The position numbers were made by a program, and so were the translations under genes. A stretch of 19,769 bases of DNA from a bacterium (GTDB lineage: Bacteria > Desulfobacterota > DSWW01), in the NCBI GenBank assembly GCA_040756235.1, contig JBFLZG010000016.1, forward strand, positions 1-19,769, given 5' to 3'. Under the pieces are notes generated by a model. It worked only from the letters and a program-made list of their open reading frames with translations. It was not told the origin of the DNA and did no database searches. This document shows, piece after piece, positions 7,193 to 17,396 of the stretch (the stretch's first letter is position 1; the number at the start of each line of letters is the position of its first letter).

Positions 7193-9244
7193 TCACGTAA
7201 GACCGAGCGCCGCCAGCGCCAGGTCGATCAGCTTGATGCCGGCGAAGGGCGCGACCACGCCGCCTGCGCCGTAAAGGAGCAGCGAACGGCGCAGGACGAG
7301 CGCGGCCCCGAGGGGCCGGTAACGCACCCCCCGCAACGCCAGCGGGATGAGCAGGACGATGATGAGGGCGTTGAAAATGACGGCTGCAAGAATCGCGCTG
7401 AGCGGCGAGGCCAGGTGCATGACGTTCAGCGGGGCGATTTCCGGGTAGACCCCCAGGAACATCGCGGGCAGGATGGCGAAGTACTTGGCCACGTCGTTGG
7501 CAATGGAAAATGTGGTGAGGGCGCCGCGCGTCATGAGCAGCTGCTTGCCCACTTCGACCACCTCGAGCAGCTTCGTCGGGTTGCTGTCGAGGTCGACCAT
7601 GTTGCCGGCCTCCTTGGCCGCCTGCGTCCCGGTGTTCATCGCCACGCCGACGTCGGCCTGGGCCAGCGCCGGGGCGTCGTTGGTGCCGTCGCCGGTCATG
7701 GCCACGAGCTTGCCTCTGGCCTGCTCGGCCCGGATCAGCTCCATCTTGCGCTCCGGCGTGGCCTCGGCCAGGTAGTCGTCCACGCCGGCTTCGGCCGCGA
7801 TGGCCGCCGCCGTGCGCGGGTTGTCGCCGGTGATCATCACCGTGCGGATGCCCATGGCGCGGAAGCGCTCGAAGCGGTCGCGGATTCCTTCCTTGACCCG
7901 GTCCTTGAGATGGATCACGCCCAGCACGCGCGCGCCGTCGGTCACGGCCAGCGGCGTGCCGCCCGAGGCGGCGATCCGGTCGGCGACGGCTTCCACTTCC
8001 TCCGGCATCGTCCCGCCCTGCTCCCGCACCCACAGAGCGACCGCGTCCACCGCTCCCTTGCGGATGCGGCGCCCGTCCAGGTCGCAGCCGCTCATCCGCA
8101 GCCGGGCGGAGAAGGGGACGAAGCGGGCGTGGCGGTCGATCAAGTCCCGGCCGCGCAGGTTGAACTGCTGCTTCGCCAGCACCACGATCGAGCGCCCCTC
8201 CGGCGTCTCGTCGGACAGGCTGGCCAGCTGCGCGGCGTCCGCCAGATCGGCGGCCGTGACGCCCGCGGCCGGGATCAGCTCGCTCGCCACGCGGTTGCCC
8301 AGGGTGATCGTGCCGGTCTTGTCCAGGAGCAGCGTGTCGATGTCGCCGGCGGCCTCCACCGCCTTGCCGCTCATGGCCAGCACGTTCTTGCTGATCAGCC
8401 GATCCATGCCGGCAATGCCGATGGCCGAGAGCAGCCCGCCGATGGTCGTCGGGATCAGGCAGACGAGCAGGGCCACGATGACCGTGGGCGAAAGGCGTAT
8501 GCCCGAGTAGAGAGCCAGGGGTGCCAGGGTCACGCAGGCCAGAAGGAACACGATCGTCAGCCCCACGAGCAGAACGTGCAGAGCGATTTCGTTGGGCGTC
8601 TTCTGGCGCTCGGCCCCTTCCACCAGGGCGATCATCCGGTCGAGAAAGGTGTGGCCCGGATCGGCGCTGATCCGCACGACGATGCGATCCGACAGGACCC
8701 GCGTGCCGCCGGTCACGGCCGAACGGTCTCCACCCGACTCGCGGATGACCGGGGCGGACTCGCCGGTGATGGCCGACTCGTCCACCGAGGCAATGCCTTC
8801 GATCACCTCGCCGTCTCCGGGGATGATAGCGCCCGCCGTGCAGACGACGACATCCCCCTTGCGCAGAGAGGGAGCCGGCACGGTTTCCTCGCGGCCTTCG
8901 ACCACCTTGCGGGCGGTCGCTTCCTTGCGCATCTTGCGTAGCGCGGCCGCCTGTGCCTTGCCCCGCCCCTCTGCAACCGCTTCGGCCAGATTGGCGAAGA
9001 GCACCGTGAACCAGAGCCAGAGCGTCACCGCTCCGGTAAACTGGAGGGGTTCGGCGCCGGCGGGCCGAGCGAAGGCATCACGCAGCCAGATAAGGGTGGT
9101 CAGCAAGCTGCCGACCTCGACGACGAATATGACCGGGTTCTTCACCACGTGTTGCGGCGCCAGTTTTCGCAGGCTCTCCAGCGCCGCGGGCAGCCATATC
9201 CTGCGGTCGATGAGGTGCGGGGTACGGGATTTACGATCATTCAT
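7193..9244 (-). CDS. kdpB: K+-transporting P-type ATPase subunit B
   Basis: [40 protein letters not shown] phosphorylation site, [19 protein letters not shown]. Confidence 0.98.
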   Translation of the reverse strand: MNDRKSRTPHLIDRRIWLPAALESLRKLAPQHVVKNPVIFVVEVGSLLTTLIWLRDAFARPAGAEPLQFTGAVTLWLWFTVLFANLAEAVAEGRGKAQAAALRKMRKEATARKVVEGREETVPAPSLRKGDVVVCTAGAIIPGDGEVIEGIASVDESAITGESAPVIRESGGDRSAVTGGTRVLSDRIVVRISADPGHTFLDRMIALVEGAERQKTPNEIALHVLLVGLTIVFLLACVTLAPLALYSGIRLSPTVIVALLVCLIPTTIGGLLSAIGIAGMDRLISKNVLAMSGKAVEAAGDIDTLLLDKTGTITLGNRVASELIPAAGVTAADLADAAQLASLSDETPEGRSIVVLAKQQFNLRGRDLIDRHARFVPFSARLRMSGCDLDGRRIRKGAVDAVALWVREQGGTMPEEVEAVADRIAASGGTPLAVTDGARVLGVIHLKDRVKEGIRDRFERFRAMGIRTVMITGDNPRTAAAIAAEAGVDDYLAEATPERKMELIRAEQARGKLVAMTGDGTNDAPALAQADVGVAMNTGTQAAKEAGNMVDLDSNPTKLLEVVEVGKQLLMTRGALTTFSIANDVAKYFAILPAMFLGVYPEIAPLNVMHLASPLSAILAAVIFNALIIVLLIPLALRGVRYRPLGAALVLRRSLLLYGAGGVVAPFAGIKLIDLALAALGLT

Positions 9245-9269
9245 CTTCTTGTTCCTTGCCAGTACAGAA

Positions 9270-10988
9270 TCAGTAGAGTCGGCCGGCTTGCGCCAGATAG
9301 TGCTCGACGATCGGGCCGAGCGAGAGGGCGGGGAAGAAAGTCAACGCCCCCACGATCAGCACCACCGCTACGAGCAGAGCCAGAAACAGCCCGCTCGCCG
9401 TCGGAAAGGTCCCCGGCCCCGGGACAACGGTCTTCTTGGCCGCCATGGAGCCGGCGATGGCGAGGGCGGGAAGGATCATGAGAAAGCGGCCGGCCAGCAT
9501 GGTGAGGCCGAGCGAGATGTTGTACCAGTCCGTGTTGGCGTTCAGGCCGGCAAAGGCGGAGCCGTTGTTTCCGGCGCCGCTGCTGAACGCGTACAGGATT
9601 TCGCTCAGCCCGTGGGGCCCGGAGTTGTTGAGCGACGAGAGCCCGTAAGGCGCCACGGCCGACCCGGCGGCCGGAACGAGAATCACCAGCGGAAAGATCA
9701 GGATGTAGAGCATGAGGAGCTTCATCTCGCGCGGTTCGATCTTCTTGCCGAGATATTCGGGGGTACGGCCCACCATGAGCCCGGAGATGAACACGGTGAG
9801 CAGCACGAAGAGGAGCATGCCGTAGAGCCCCGCGCCCACTCCGCCGAAGATCACCTCGCCCAGCTGGATGTTCGCGAGCGGCACGAGGCCTCCCAGCGGG
9901 GTGAAACTGTCGTGCATGGAGTTGACCGCTCCACAGGAAGCGGCGGTCGTGACGGTGGCGAAGAGGGCCGAGTTGGCGATGCCGAATCGGACTTCCTTGC
10001 CCTCCATGTTGCCGGCCGACGGGTCGATGGGCAGCCCGTGGGCCGCGGGGTTGCCCTGCCCCTCGGCCCAGAAGGCCGTGGTCACGCCCAGGGCGAAAAG
10101 CAGGGCCATGGCGCCCCAGACGACCCAGCCCTCTTTCTGGCGTCGCGCCATGCGGCCGTAAGTATAGGTCAGGGCCGAGGGGATGGCGAAGATCAAGACC
10201 AGCTCCAGCCAGTTGGACAGCGGCGTGGGGTTCTCGAAGGGATGGGCGCTGTTGGCGTTGAAGAAGCCGCCGCCGTTGGTGCCCAGCTCCTTGATGACCT
10301 CCTGTGAGGCAACGGGCCCCATCGGCAGCACCTGCCGTGCGCCCTCCAGGGTGGTGACCTCCTGGTAATGGGAGAAATTTTGGATCACCCCTTGGGAAAC
10401 GAGCACGAGCGCGCCCACGATGCACAGCGGCAGGAGCACATAGAGGGTTCCCCGGATTAGATCCGCCCAGAAGTTGCCGATGAAAGCCGGCTGGCCCGGA
10501 CCGCGCCGGCGGGTCAAGCCCCGCGCCACGGCCAGGGCCACGCAGGTGCCGGCCGCCGCCGACGTGAAGTTGTGCCACGCCAGGCCCGCCATCTGCGTGA
10601 GATAGCTCATGGTCGCCTCACCGCTGTAAGCCTGCCAGTTCGTGTTGGTCGTGAAGCTCGCGGCCGTGTTGAAGGCGAGCCAAGGTGGGACAGCGGCGAA
10701 ATGTTGGGGATTCAGCGGCAGCAGGTGCTGCAGCCGCTCGATCAGAAAGGTCACGAGGAGGCCTGCCGCACTGAAAAGGAGCAGCGCGGCCGCGTATTCT
10801 TTCCACTCCTGCTCCTTCTCAGGGTCGACCCCGCAAAGGCGGTAGATGCCACGCTCGACAGGCCCGAGGACGCCGGGCAAGGGTGGAGACCCTTCGAAGA
10901 CCCGGAACAGGTACGCGCCGAGCGGCCTGGTTACGGCCAGCACGGCGAGGCCAAAGATCGCAATCTGCAACCATCCGTTCCATGTCAT
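9270..10988 (-). CDS. kdpA: K+-transporting ATPase subunit A
   Basis: [67 protein letters not shown]. Start MTWNGW at 10988 with GAGG 8 nt upstream; the ORF track extension to 11132 is spurious. Confidence 0.97.
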   Translation of the reverse strand: MTWNGWLQIAIFGLAVLAVTRPLGAYLFRVFEGSPPLPGVLGPVERGIYRLCGVDPEKEQEWKEYAAALLLFSAAGLLVTFLIERLQHLLPLNPQHFAAVPPWLAFNTAASFTTNTNWQAYSGEATMSYLTQMAGLAWHNFTSAAAGTCVALAVARGLTRRRGPGQPAFIGNFWADLIRGTLYVLLPLCIVGALVLVSQGVIQNFSHYQEVTTLEGARQVLPMGPVASQEVIKELGTNGGGFFNANSAHPFENPTPLSNWLELVLIFAIPSALTYTYGRMARRQKEGWVVWGAMALLFALGVTTAFWAEGQGNPAAHGLPIDPSAGNMEGKEVRFGIANSALFATVTTAASCGAVNSMHDSFTPLGGLVPLANIQLGEVIFGGVGAGLYGMLLFVLLTVFISGLMVGRTPEYLGKKIEPREMKLLMLYILIFPLVILVPAAGSAVAPYGLSSLNNSGPHGLSEILYAFSSGAGNNGSAFAGLNANTDWYNISLGLTMLAGRFLMILPALAIAGSMAAKKTVVPGPGTFPTASGLFLALLVAVVLIVGALTFFPALSLGPIVEHYLAQAGRLY

Positions 10989-10998
10989 GGGACGAACC

Positions 10999-11089
10999 TC
11001 AAAAACGCTCAAGGATTGAGCAGCTCGTGGACCAAGTAGATCAGGAGAGAGACGGCCAGGGCGCCGCCGATCCAGTATTCGAGACTCAT
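10999..11089 (-). CDS. kdpF: KdpF small subunit with apparent 1-nt insertion (as read: 26 aa ending at TGA 11009-11011; corrected: 29 aa ending PERF)
   Basis: ATG 11089 gives MSLEYWIGGALAVSLLIYLVHELLNP-TGA. The next frame reads GAG CGT TTT TGA (ERF*), which completes the canonical KdpF PERF end. It lies immediately before kdpA. Confidence 0.8.
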
Positions 11090-11181
11090 GGCTTCCTCCA
11101 GAGCCGGTCCACTGCCCGGATGTAGAGACCACTCAGGCCGAAGAAGGCCAGGACCAGCACGATTGCGAGTATGTCGGGCAT
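11086..11181 (-). CDS. 31-aa hydrophobic peptide upstream of kdpF: MPDILAIVLVLAFFGLSGLYIRAVDRLWRKP
   Basis: GGAGG RBS (11190-11194) 8 nt upstream; single TM segment; ATGA overlap with the kdpF start; first ORF after the sigma54 promoter. Confidence 0.7.
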   Translation of the reverse strand: MPDILAIVLVLAFFGLSGLYIRAVDRLWRKP

Positions 11182-11217
11182 TTCATTTGCCTCCCTTCGC
11201 GCAGTCACCCGGCCTGA

Positions 11218-11233
11218 AGCATGCAACGTGCCA
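11218..11233 (-). promoter_or_regulatory. Sigma54 (-24/-12) promoter of the kdp operon
   Basis: TGGCAC-GTTGC-ATGCT with exact GG-N10-GC spacing, ~35 nt before the first ORF and next to a sigma54 activator gene. Confidence 0.8.
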
Positions 11234-11261
11234 CCGTTCTTGGATCAGGAGATTTCAGCGA

Positions 11262-11274
11262 ATTCAGGTGATTG
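11262..11274 (+). promoter_or_regulatory. Possible IHF site between the enhancer and the sigma54 promoter
   Basis: ATTCAG-GTGA-TTG against consensus WATCAR-N4-TTR (one mismatch), at the expected position. Confidence 0.35.
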
Positions 11275-11299
11275 AAGTGGGTTTCCAGGCGGGGGGCCG

Positions 11300-11342
11300 T
11301 GCACAACGCAGGACGGCGAGGCAGGAAGACCTGCAAGATGCA
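11300..11342. promoter_or_regulatory. Candidate upstream activator sequences for the sigma54 regulator
   Basis: TGCA-CAA-CGCA (11300-11310) and TGCA-AGA-TGCA (11332-11342), 32 nt apart (~3 helical turns) and ~70-110 nt upstream of the -24 box. Confidence 0.5.
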
Positions 11343-11457
11343 ATCGGGGGCGGGCGACGAGACGACCAGGACCTGTCAGAAACGGCTGTACGACGGAGGC
11401 GGCAGCCTGGCCGGAAGATTGTTCCGTGGCTCGCAGCAGGTCGTTTTCAGCAGTCTG

Positions 11458-12804
11458 CTACGGCTCTTCAAGGTATTTTTTGCGCTTGCGCCAGAGGGTG
11501 GAGCTGTCCACGCCCAGGATGCGGGCCGCATCCTCGAGCGTCGGCGACCGGGCGATGACGCAGAGGATGTGCTCGCGCTCGATCGCTTCGAGAGAATGGT
11601 TGCCGCCCAATTGCGGGCCGGCCTGAGCGGCCCCGGCGATGCGTTCCGGCAGGGCCTGAGGCTCGATCACCTGGCCTGGCCAGACGATCAGGGCCCTTTC
11701 CATTGCGTTGCGCAGCTCGCGGATGTTCCCCGGCCAGGAATAGGCCAGGAGCAGGGTTTCGGCGGCCTTGGAGATCTCCGGCGCGGCCCTGGCGCTGGAG
11801 CGAGCGAAGAACCTCACGAAGCCCCGGGCGAGCCGCAGGATGTCCTCGGGGCGCTCCCGAAGGGCAGGGGCGGTCACCTCGACCACGTTGATCCGGTAGA
11901 GAAGATCCTCGCGGAAGCGGCCGGCCGTCACGTCGGCTTCCAGGTCTCGGTTCGTCGCAGCGACCACGCGCACGTCGGCCCGCCGCGTCCTGTTCTCGCC
12001 GATGCGCTCGAACTGCTTCTCCTGCAGGAACCTCAGAAGCTTGGTCTGCAGACCCGAGGGGATCTCCCCGATTTCGTCCAGGAAGATCGTCCCGCCCTCG
12101 GCCGCTTCGACCCGGCCGGCCTGGTCGCGCACCGCGCCCGTAAAGGCCCCGCGCGCGTGACCGAACAGCTCGCTCGCAAGGAGATCGCTGGAGAGGGTAG
12201 GGCAGTTGACCGTGACCATGGGCCGGCCGGACCGGCTGCTCTGGGCGTGCAGCACCCGGGCCAGCACGCCCTTGCCCGTCCCGTTCTCGCCGCGGAGCAG
12301 CACCGGCGCATCGGATTTCGCCGCCCGCGCGATCAGGTCAAGAGCCGCTCGCATCCGGGGCGAAGCCGTCTCCAGGTCCGCTTCGGGCACGGACTCCCGG
12401 AGCTGGGCTTGCAGCTCTGCCAGGCGCCGCTCGAGCTCCCGGTGCTCGCACAGCTGAGCGACGACCTGTCGGATCTGCGCCGGAGAGAAGGGCTTCGGCA
12501 GATAGTCTTTGGCTCCGCGCTTGATGGCTTCGACGGCGGTCTCGAAGGTGGCGTAAGCCGTGATCACCACGATGGAGAGGTCGGGAGACTCGGCAAGCAG
12601 CCGGGGGATCAGATCGAGCCCGTTCTCCGCGCCCAGCTTGAGGTCCAGGAACGCCAGGTCGAAAGGACCTTGCTCCAGCGCCCTGAGAGCGGCCTCGCCG
12701 CTGGCCGCCGGCTGGACCTGGCAGCCCATCCCCTGGAGGCAGACGGACAGCGTGTTCCGAATGTTCTTTTCGTCATCGATGATCAGGACACGTGGGCTGG
12801 CCAT
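11458..12804 (-). CDS. Sigma54-dependent response regulator (REC, AAA+, Fis-HTH), NtrC/AlgB-like
   Basis: Start [12 protein letters not shown] at 12804. REC (FLDL, TAY, KPF), [38 protein letters not shown] and C-terminal HTH ([15 protein letters not shown]). Confidence 0.95.
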   Translation of the reverse strand: MASPRVLIIDDEKNIRNTLSVCLQGMGCQVQPAASGEAALRALEQGPFDLAFLDLKLGAENGLDLIPRLLAESPDLSIVVITAYATFETAVEAIKRGAKDYLPKPFSPAQIRQVVAQLCEHRELERRLAELQAQLRESVPEADLETASPRMRAALDLIARAAKSDAPVLLRGENGTGKGVLARVLHAQSSRSGRPMVTVNCPTLSSDLLASELFGHARGAFTGAVRDQAGRVEAAEGGTIFLDEIGEIPSGLQTKLLRFLQEKQFERIGENRTRRADVRVVAATNRDLEADVTAGRFREDLLYRINVVEVTAPALRERPEDILRLARGFVRFFARSSARAAPEISKAAETLLLAYSWPGNIRELRNAMERALIVWPGQVIEPQALPERIAGAAQAGPQLGGNHSLEAIEREHILCVIARSPTLEDAARILGVDSSTLWRKRKKYLEEP

Positions 12805-13048
12805 CCGAGCGGCTCTCCGAAGTGAACCCGAAGCACCAGGCATGACAATACCAGATCCGGAATCGCCCCGACAACTGCCGGGTGCTGACCTTCCCGGGGG
12901 GCGTTTTCGGCATGTGACGGCCTGTCTGGCAAATGAGCCGCGTGTCGTGTAATGGTAGCGTAGGCACTCGCGGCATTCCCGCCTCAGGGGATTCTCTCCG
13001 CCAGACGTTCGAAGCCGGGGCCGCCGTTGTCTTTCCGGGATTCCGCAG

Positions 13049-13738
13049 ATGAGAGCGAAGACAGTCGATTTCGGAGATGTCGAGAAGCGGTTCGGGCTCA
13101 CTGTCCGCACGCACCGCATCGGCTTGCTCAATCTGCATCTGGCAGAGGTGGAGCGGGTCGATGAGCTGATTCGGGAGATCTATCCGGAAGGGGCGGACGG
13201 GCACGGCGACGCGCCGGTCTGGATGATCACATGGCCCGCGGCGCTCGGTCTTGCCGAACATCTGGCCCTCCAGGGGGCGGCGGCGGTTGCGGGTGCGAGC
13301 GTCCTGGAGCTGGGCTGCGGCACGGCTGCGCCCGGCATCGCGGCGGGGCTCTCCGGGGCGGCGCGGGTGGTCTCCACGGACTGCCATGCCTTGGCGGTCG
13401 AGCTGGCACGCCACAACGGCGGGCTCAACGGGTGCACACGCTTCGAGGCCCGCTGCCTCGACTGGTTCGAGCCGGAGCTGGACGAGAGGTTCGATTGGGT
13501 CGTAGGGTCCGAGGTCGTCTACTTCGAAAAGACCTTCCGACCGCTCCTGAGTGTGCTCGTGCGGCACACCAAGCCCGGGGGCCGCATTCTTCTCTCGGAT
13601 CCCGGCCGCCCCCAGATGTCCGTGTTCTTGGAGATGTGCAGGCAGGAAGGCTTTGCCCTCGAGGAGAGCTTCCGCAACGTGCACCTCTGCGACCGGAGCC
13701 ACCGCGTGCGCATCACTCTTCTGACCCGTTGGCGCTGA
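13049..13738 (+). CDS. Class I SAM-dependent methyltransferase (Methyltransf_16 / lysine methyltransferase-like)
   Basis: PVW...WPAA, motif I VLELGCGTAAPG, VVSTD, LDW, FDWVVGSEVVY, ILLSDPGR. Confidence 0.85.
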   Translation: MRAKTVDFGDVEKRFGLTVRTHRIGLLNLHLAEVERVDELIREIYPEGADGHGDAPVWMITWPAALGLAEHLALQGAAAVAGASVLELGCGTAAPGIAAGLSGAARVVSTDCHALAVELARHNGGLNGCTRFEARCLDWFEPELDERFDWVVGSEVVYFEKTFRPLLSVLVRHTKPGGRILLSDPGRPQMSVFLEMCRQEGFALEESFRNVHLCDRSHRVRITLLTRWR

Positions 13739-13844
13739 GGATGTTGGATCCGCAAGCGCCAAAACGATCTAGGGTCTGGGAATCTATCACCGAACCGTTT
13801 TCTCCTCAGTCTGGCAACTGGCGACGGAGAGCTGGACCCCAAAG

Positions 13845-14408
13845 ATGAACGGGTGGTACGTCATCGGGATCGCCTTCGGCCTGGCCATGGACGCGTTCGC
13901 CGTCGCCATTGCTGCCGGGCTGTCTCTCGGACGACTGCAGGGGAGGCAGGTATTCAGGCTTGCCTTCCACTTCGGCCTTTTTCAGTTCCTGATGCCGGTC
14001 CTGGGGTGGCTGGCCGGCCAGACGTTGGTTCGCTGGATTGCGGCGGTCGACCACTGGATCGCCTTCGCCGTCCTGGCTTTCATCGGCGGAAGAATGATCA
14101 GGGATTCCTTTCACGACGAGGATCGAGAGGCCCGCGACGACCCCACGCGCGGATGGCTGCTGGTCACCCTGTCGGTGGCGACCAGCATCGACGCCTTGGC
14201 CGTGGGGCTGAGCCTGGCCTTCCTGCGGGTGTCGATCTGGATGCCGAGCGTGGTCATCGGCGTGGTCGCGGCCGCGATGACGATCCTGGGGATGGCCTTC
14301 GGGACCCGGCTGGGTGCGGGCTTCGGCAGATGGGCGGAGCGGGCGGGAGGCCTCGTGCTGATCGGAATCGGCCTGAGAGTTGTCGCGTCACACCTCAGCT
14401 CGACGTAG
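13845..14408 (+). CDS. mntP: Manganese efflux pump MntP family
   Basis: LAMDAFAVAI, FGLFQFLMP, DHWIAF, ATSIDALAVG, AERAGGLVLIGIG; 187 aa, multi-TM. Confidence 0.93.
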   Translation: MNGWYVIGIAFGLAMDAFAVAIAAGLSLGRLQGRQVFRLAFHFGLFQFLMPVLGWLAGQTLVRWIAAVDHWIAFAVLAFIGGRMIRDSFHDEDREARDDPTRGWLLVTLSVATSIDALAVGLSLAFLRVSIWMPSVVIGVVAAAMTILGMAFGTRLGAGFGRWAERAGGLVLIGIGLRVVASHLSST

Positions 14409-14509
14409 CTCGGGTCGTCGCGGGCGGGAGGACACCCCCGTGAGGGCAGCGGTCCTCCGACGCCCGCGCATGCCGCGGCTTTGGGTGGAATTCCGGGGGA
14501 GGCTCGCTT

Positions 14510-15124
14510 TCAGATGCGAATCTGCATGCCGAAGACAATCGGAATGAAGTCGAAGTCCTCCAGGTCATCGAATCCGCCCAGGAAATACGAGATCTCGAAC
14601 CAGCCCAGAACGTTGCGCGTGAAATAGAGATCGACCCCTCCTCCGAAGCGAACACCGAAGTCACTGAACGATTCGCTGCTGTCGGACCAGTACTCTTCCT
14701 CGATATTGGCGCCACTGTAGCCGATGCCCACGATTCCATAAGGTTGAAATCTGCCCGCAAACGGGTAGATCTTGGCGTTCCCCGTGACGGAATAGCTGTC
14801 GATGCTCCCGAGATCCGTGTGGTAGGCGTGAAAATCAAAACCGAAGTTGTACAGAGCTTCGATCTCCAAGGAGACATATCGGCTGATGCGATAGCCCAGC
14901 CTGGCGTCGAACCCCATGCTGTCGTCGACTTCGAGCTCATTGCCGAAGTCGAAATCTTCATCCGGGAACTGCTGCACGGAATAAGCCAGCCCCACGCCGA
15001 AATAGAGCCCCGGCCTGGCGAAGTCCTTGCCCGCGGCGTCCTGGCATCTGCCATCTTGCACGCGGAGCAGCAGACTCAACAGACACATGAGCAGGACCCT
15101 CATGAGCGCTCTGGAACACTTCAT
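14510..15124 (-). CDS. Outer-membrane beta-barrel protein (OmpA-like transmembrane/porin family)
   Basis: Signal peptide and alternating amphipathic strands (GLYFGVGLAY, ARLGYRISRYVSLEIE, FQPYGIVGIGY, FGGGVDLYFT). GAGG precedes the ATG. Confidence 0.8.
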   Translation of the reverse strand: MKCSRALMRVLLMCLLSLLLRVQDGRCQDAAGKDFARPGLYFGVGLAYSVQQFPDEDFDFGNELEVDDSMGFDARLGYRISRYVSLEIEALYNFGFDFHAYHTDLGSIDSYSVTGNAKIYPFAGRFQPYGIVGIGYSGANIEEEYWSDSSESFSDFGVRFGGGVDLYFTRNVLGWFEISYFLGGFDDLEDFDFIPIVFGMQIRI

Positions 15125-15262
15125 CCTCTTCTCCTCTCTTCGAGTGGTGCGAAACCTATCCGGAGCAATTTGTCACGGTTTTATAGCCAGCGGACAGGAC
15201 AATGTAAAGGACCTCGGGCCCAAAATCAGCAGGGGAGTTCCGCCTCTCCCGATGCGCCGGCC

Positions 15263-15290
15263 TTGACGATGCCCATGGTACATTCATAAT
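15263..15290 (+). promoter_or_regulatory. Sigma70-type promoter of the AOR gene
   Basis: TTGACG-N16-CATAAT; the inverted repeat GCCCAT (15271-15276)/ATGGGC (15289-15294) brackets the -10. Confidence 0.55.
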
Positions 15291-15374
15291 GGGCCATGCT
15301 GCGTCATGGCGGAGTCGTTTCAGGAGGCATGGACAGCTGAGGAAGCGGTTAAGCCTGGTCGCGAGGGGTCGCTC

Positions 15375-17144
15375 ATGGACGGCACCTACGGACGTATCCT
15401 GGTCGCGGATCTGACCGCTGGCACTTCCCGCATCGAGCCGCTCGCGGATGCGGTGCTGGAGTCCTGCCTCGGGGGAAAGGGCCTTGGCACCCGACTTCTC
15501 TGGGAGAAGAACCCTGCCGGCGTGGACCCGCTTTCAGAGGGAAACCACCTCATTTTCACGACCGGCCCTCTCTGCCACAGCCGTGCCTGGGGTGCAAGCC
15601 GATACGGTGTCTTCTCCAAGTCGCCCCTCACCGGTTCCTACGGCGAATCCTATTCCGGCGGGAGAGTGCCCGAGGCGATCGATGCCACGGGCTTCGACGC
15701 CATCGTATTCAAAGGCAGGGCCGCTCGACCCGTTGTCGTCTCCATTTGCCCGGACGGAGCCATCTTCTTCCCCGCCGGGGATCTCTGGGGAGCGGACACC
15801 TTTCGTACCGAGGAAGAGGTCCGGCAGAGATTCGCCCTGCAAGAGCCGCACTACGGCAAGCCGGGCGCGGTGGTGATCGGTCCCGCAGGCGAGAGGCTGC
15901 TGCGTTTTGCCCTCATCGGGAACGACCGCTGGCGCTGCGCCGGCCGCGGGGGCATGGGAGCCGTCATGGGATCGAAGCGGCTGAAAGCGGTCGTCTTCCA
16001 AGGAGACTGCCGCCGCAAGATCTACGATCCTCGGGGGCTCGAGCAGTACGCCGAGGCATTCGCCGCGCAGGCTGCCGGGACCCCTTCGGTCAAGGCCTAC
16101 AAGGCCCTGGGCACGACCATGATGGTCGCCATCGTGAACAAAGCCCGGGCGTTCCCCACGGAATACTGGAAGTCAGGGACCTGCGACCACTGGGAGAGGA
16201 TCAGCGGCCAGACCTATCACGCGGAGCACCAGGTCCGACCTCATGCCTGTGCCAAGTGCTTCATGGCGTGCGGCCGGCTCGCCACGATCTCCAAGGGCCG
16301 CCACAAGGGCCTCGTGATCGAAGGACCGGAGTACGAGACGATCTACGCCTTTGGAGGGCTGTGCCTGGTGGACGAGATCGAGGAGATCGCCTATCTCAAC
16401 GATATCTGCGACCGCCTCGGGATGGACACGATGAGCGCCGGAAATCTGTGCGGCTTCACCATCGAAGCGGTGCGGCGCGGCAAGGTCGCGTATGACATCG
16501 ACTACGGCGAGGCCGATCACATGGCCCGCCTCCTGAAGGAGATCGCGGCCCGCGAGGGCATCGGAGCCGTGCTCGCGGAAGGCATCGCTCATGCCGCCAG
16601 GGTGTGGGGACTGGAAGACGTCGCCGTCCACGTGAAAGGGATGGAGCCCGCCGGGTATGACCCGCGGGTGCTCAAGGGCATGGGGCTCGCTTACGGCACC
16701 TCCGATCGGGGCGCGTGCCACCTGCGCACCACCTTCTACAAGCCCGAGCTGGCCGGTCTGACTGCGCCGCAATCGATCGAAGGAAAGGCCGAGATGTTGA
16801 TCGATTACGAGGATCGGCTGATCGTGTTCGACACCCTCATCCTGTGCCGCTTCTATCGGGACCTGTACGGCTGGGAAGAGCTCGAGAAGGTGATCGGGAT
16901 GGCCACGGGGAGACCTTCTTCCGCCGCAGTGCTCCGCAAAAAAACCTCGGCCATCGCCACCATGGCCCGGCGCTTCAACCTGCGCGAGGGGCTCCGGGCC
17001 GAGGACGACCGGTTGCCGCAAAGACTCCACCGGGAGGCGCTGCCATCCGGACACACGCTGTCGAGCGAAGAGATGGAACGCATGCTCCAGGACTATTACC
17101 GTCTGCGGGGCTGGGACGAGAGTGGCTGTCCGCTCGAAGGATGA
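15375..17144 (+). CDS. aor: Tungsten-dependent aldehyde:ferredoxin oxidoreductase (AOR family)
   Basis: LGGKGLG, KSPLTG...SYSGG, IGPAGE, AGRGGMGAVMGSKRLKAV, CAKCFMAC, EYET, DRLGMD, RGACH, YYRLRGWD. Start MDGTYGRIL at 15375 after GAGGGG. Confidence 0.93.
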   Translation: MDGTYGRILVADLTAGTSRIEPLADAVLESCLGGKGLGTRLLWEKNPAGVDPLSEGNHLIFTTGPLCHSRAWGASRYGVFSKSPLTGSYGESYSGGRVPEAIDATGFDAIVFKGRAARPVVVSICPDGAIFFPAGDLWGADTFRTEEEVRQRFALQEPHYGKPGAVVIGPAGERLLRFALIGNDRWRCAGRGGMGAVMGSKRLKAVVFQGDCRRKIYDPRGLEQYAEAFAAQAAGTPSVKAYKALGTTMMVAIVNKARAFPTEYWKSGTCDHWERISGQTYHAEHQVRPHACAKCFMACGRLATISKGRHKGLVIEGPEYETIYAFGGLCLVDEIEEIAYLNDICDRLGMDTMSAGNLCGFTIEAVRRGKVAYDIDYGEADHMARLLKEIAAREGIGAVLAEGIAHAARVWGLEDVAVHVKGMEPAGYDPRVLKGMGLAYGTSDRGACHLRTTFYKPELAGLTAPQSIEGKAEMLIDYEDRLIVFDTLILCRFYRDLYGWEELEKVIGMATGRPSSAAVLRKKTSAIATMARRFNLREGLRAEDDRLPQRLHREALPSGHTLSSEEMERMLQDYYRLRGWDESGCPLEG

Positions 17145-17367
17145 AGGCAGAATTACGTCCCGTGCTGTTGTTCAACCGTTTGAAGGCCGGTCCCTCCTTG
17201 TTGCCTGCCGGGTTCCGATCTGACGCATCCGCCCTTGCCCGCCCGTGCAGGGCGTGCTCCAAAACGGGTAAAGATGGGACCGAGCGCGTCCGGCGCTTGC
17301 AGGCAGGCGTGGGCCGCGAGCACATCCGATTATTAGTGCTGAGTACTACTTTTTCGGCATATATGGC

Positions 17368-17396
17368 TTGCTACAGTACTGTAGATGTGGTATGAT
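17368..17396 (+). promoter_or_regulatory. Sigma70-type promoter with a perfect 14-bp palindromic operator
   Basis: TTGCTA-N17-TATGAT with an extended -10 TG; CTACAGTACTGTAG (17371-17384) is a perfect palindrome over the -35 and spacer. Confidence 0.6.

Noticed and set aside
3643..12825. Long plus-strand ORFs (595, 515, 816, 571, 517 aa)
   Set aside because: Antisense shadows of the GC-rich kdp, kinase and regulator genes; no motifs.
12805..13048. c-di-AMP (ydaO) riboswitch upstream of the kdp regulator
   Set aside because: The conserved ydaO sequence blocks are not recognisable on either strand.
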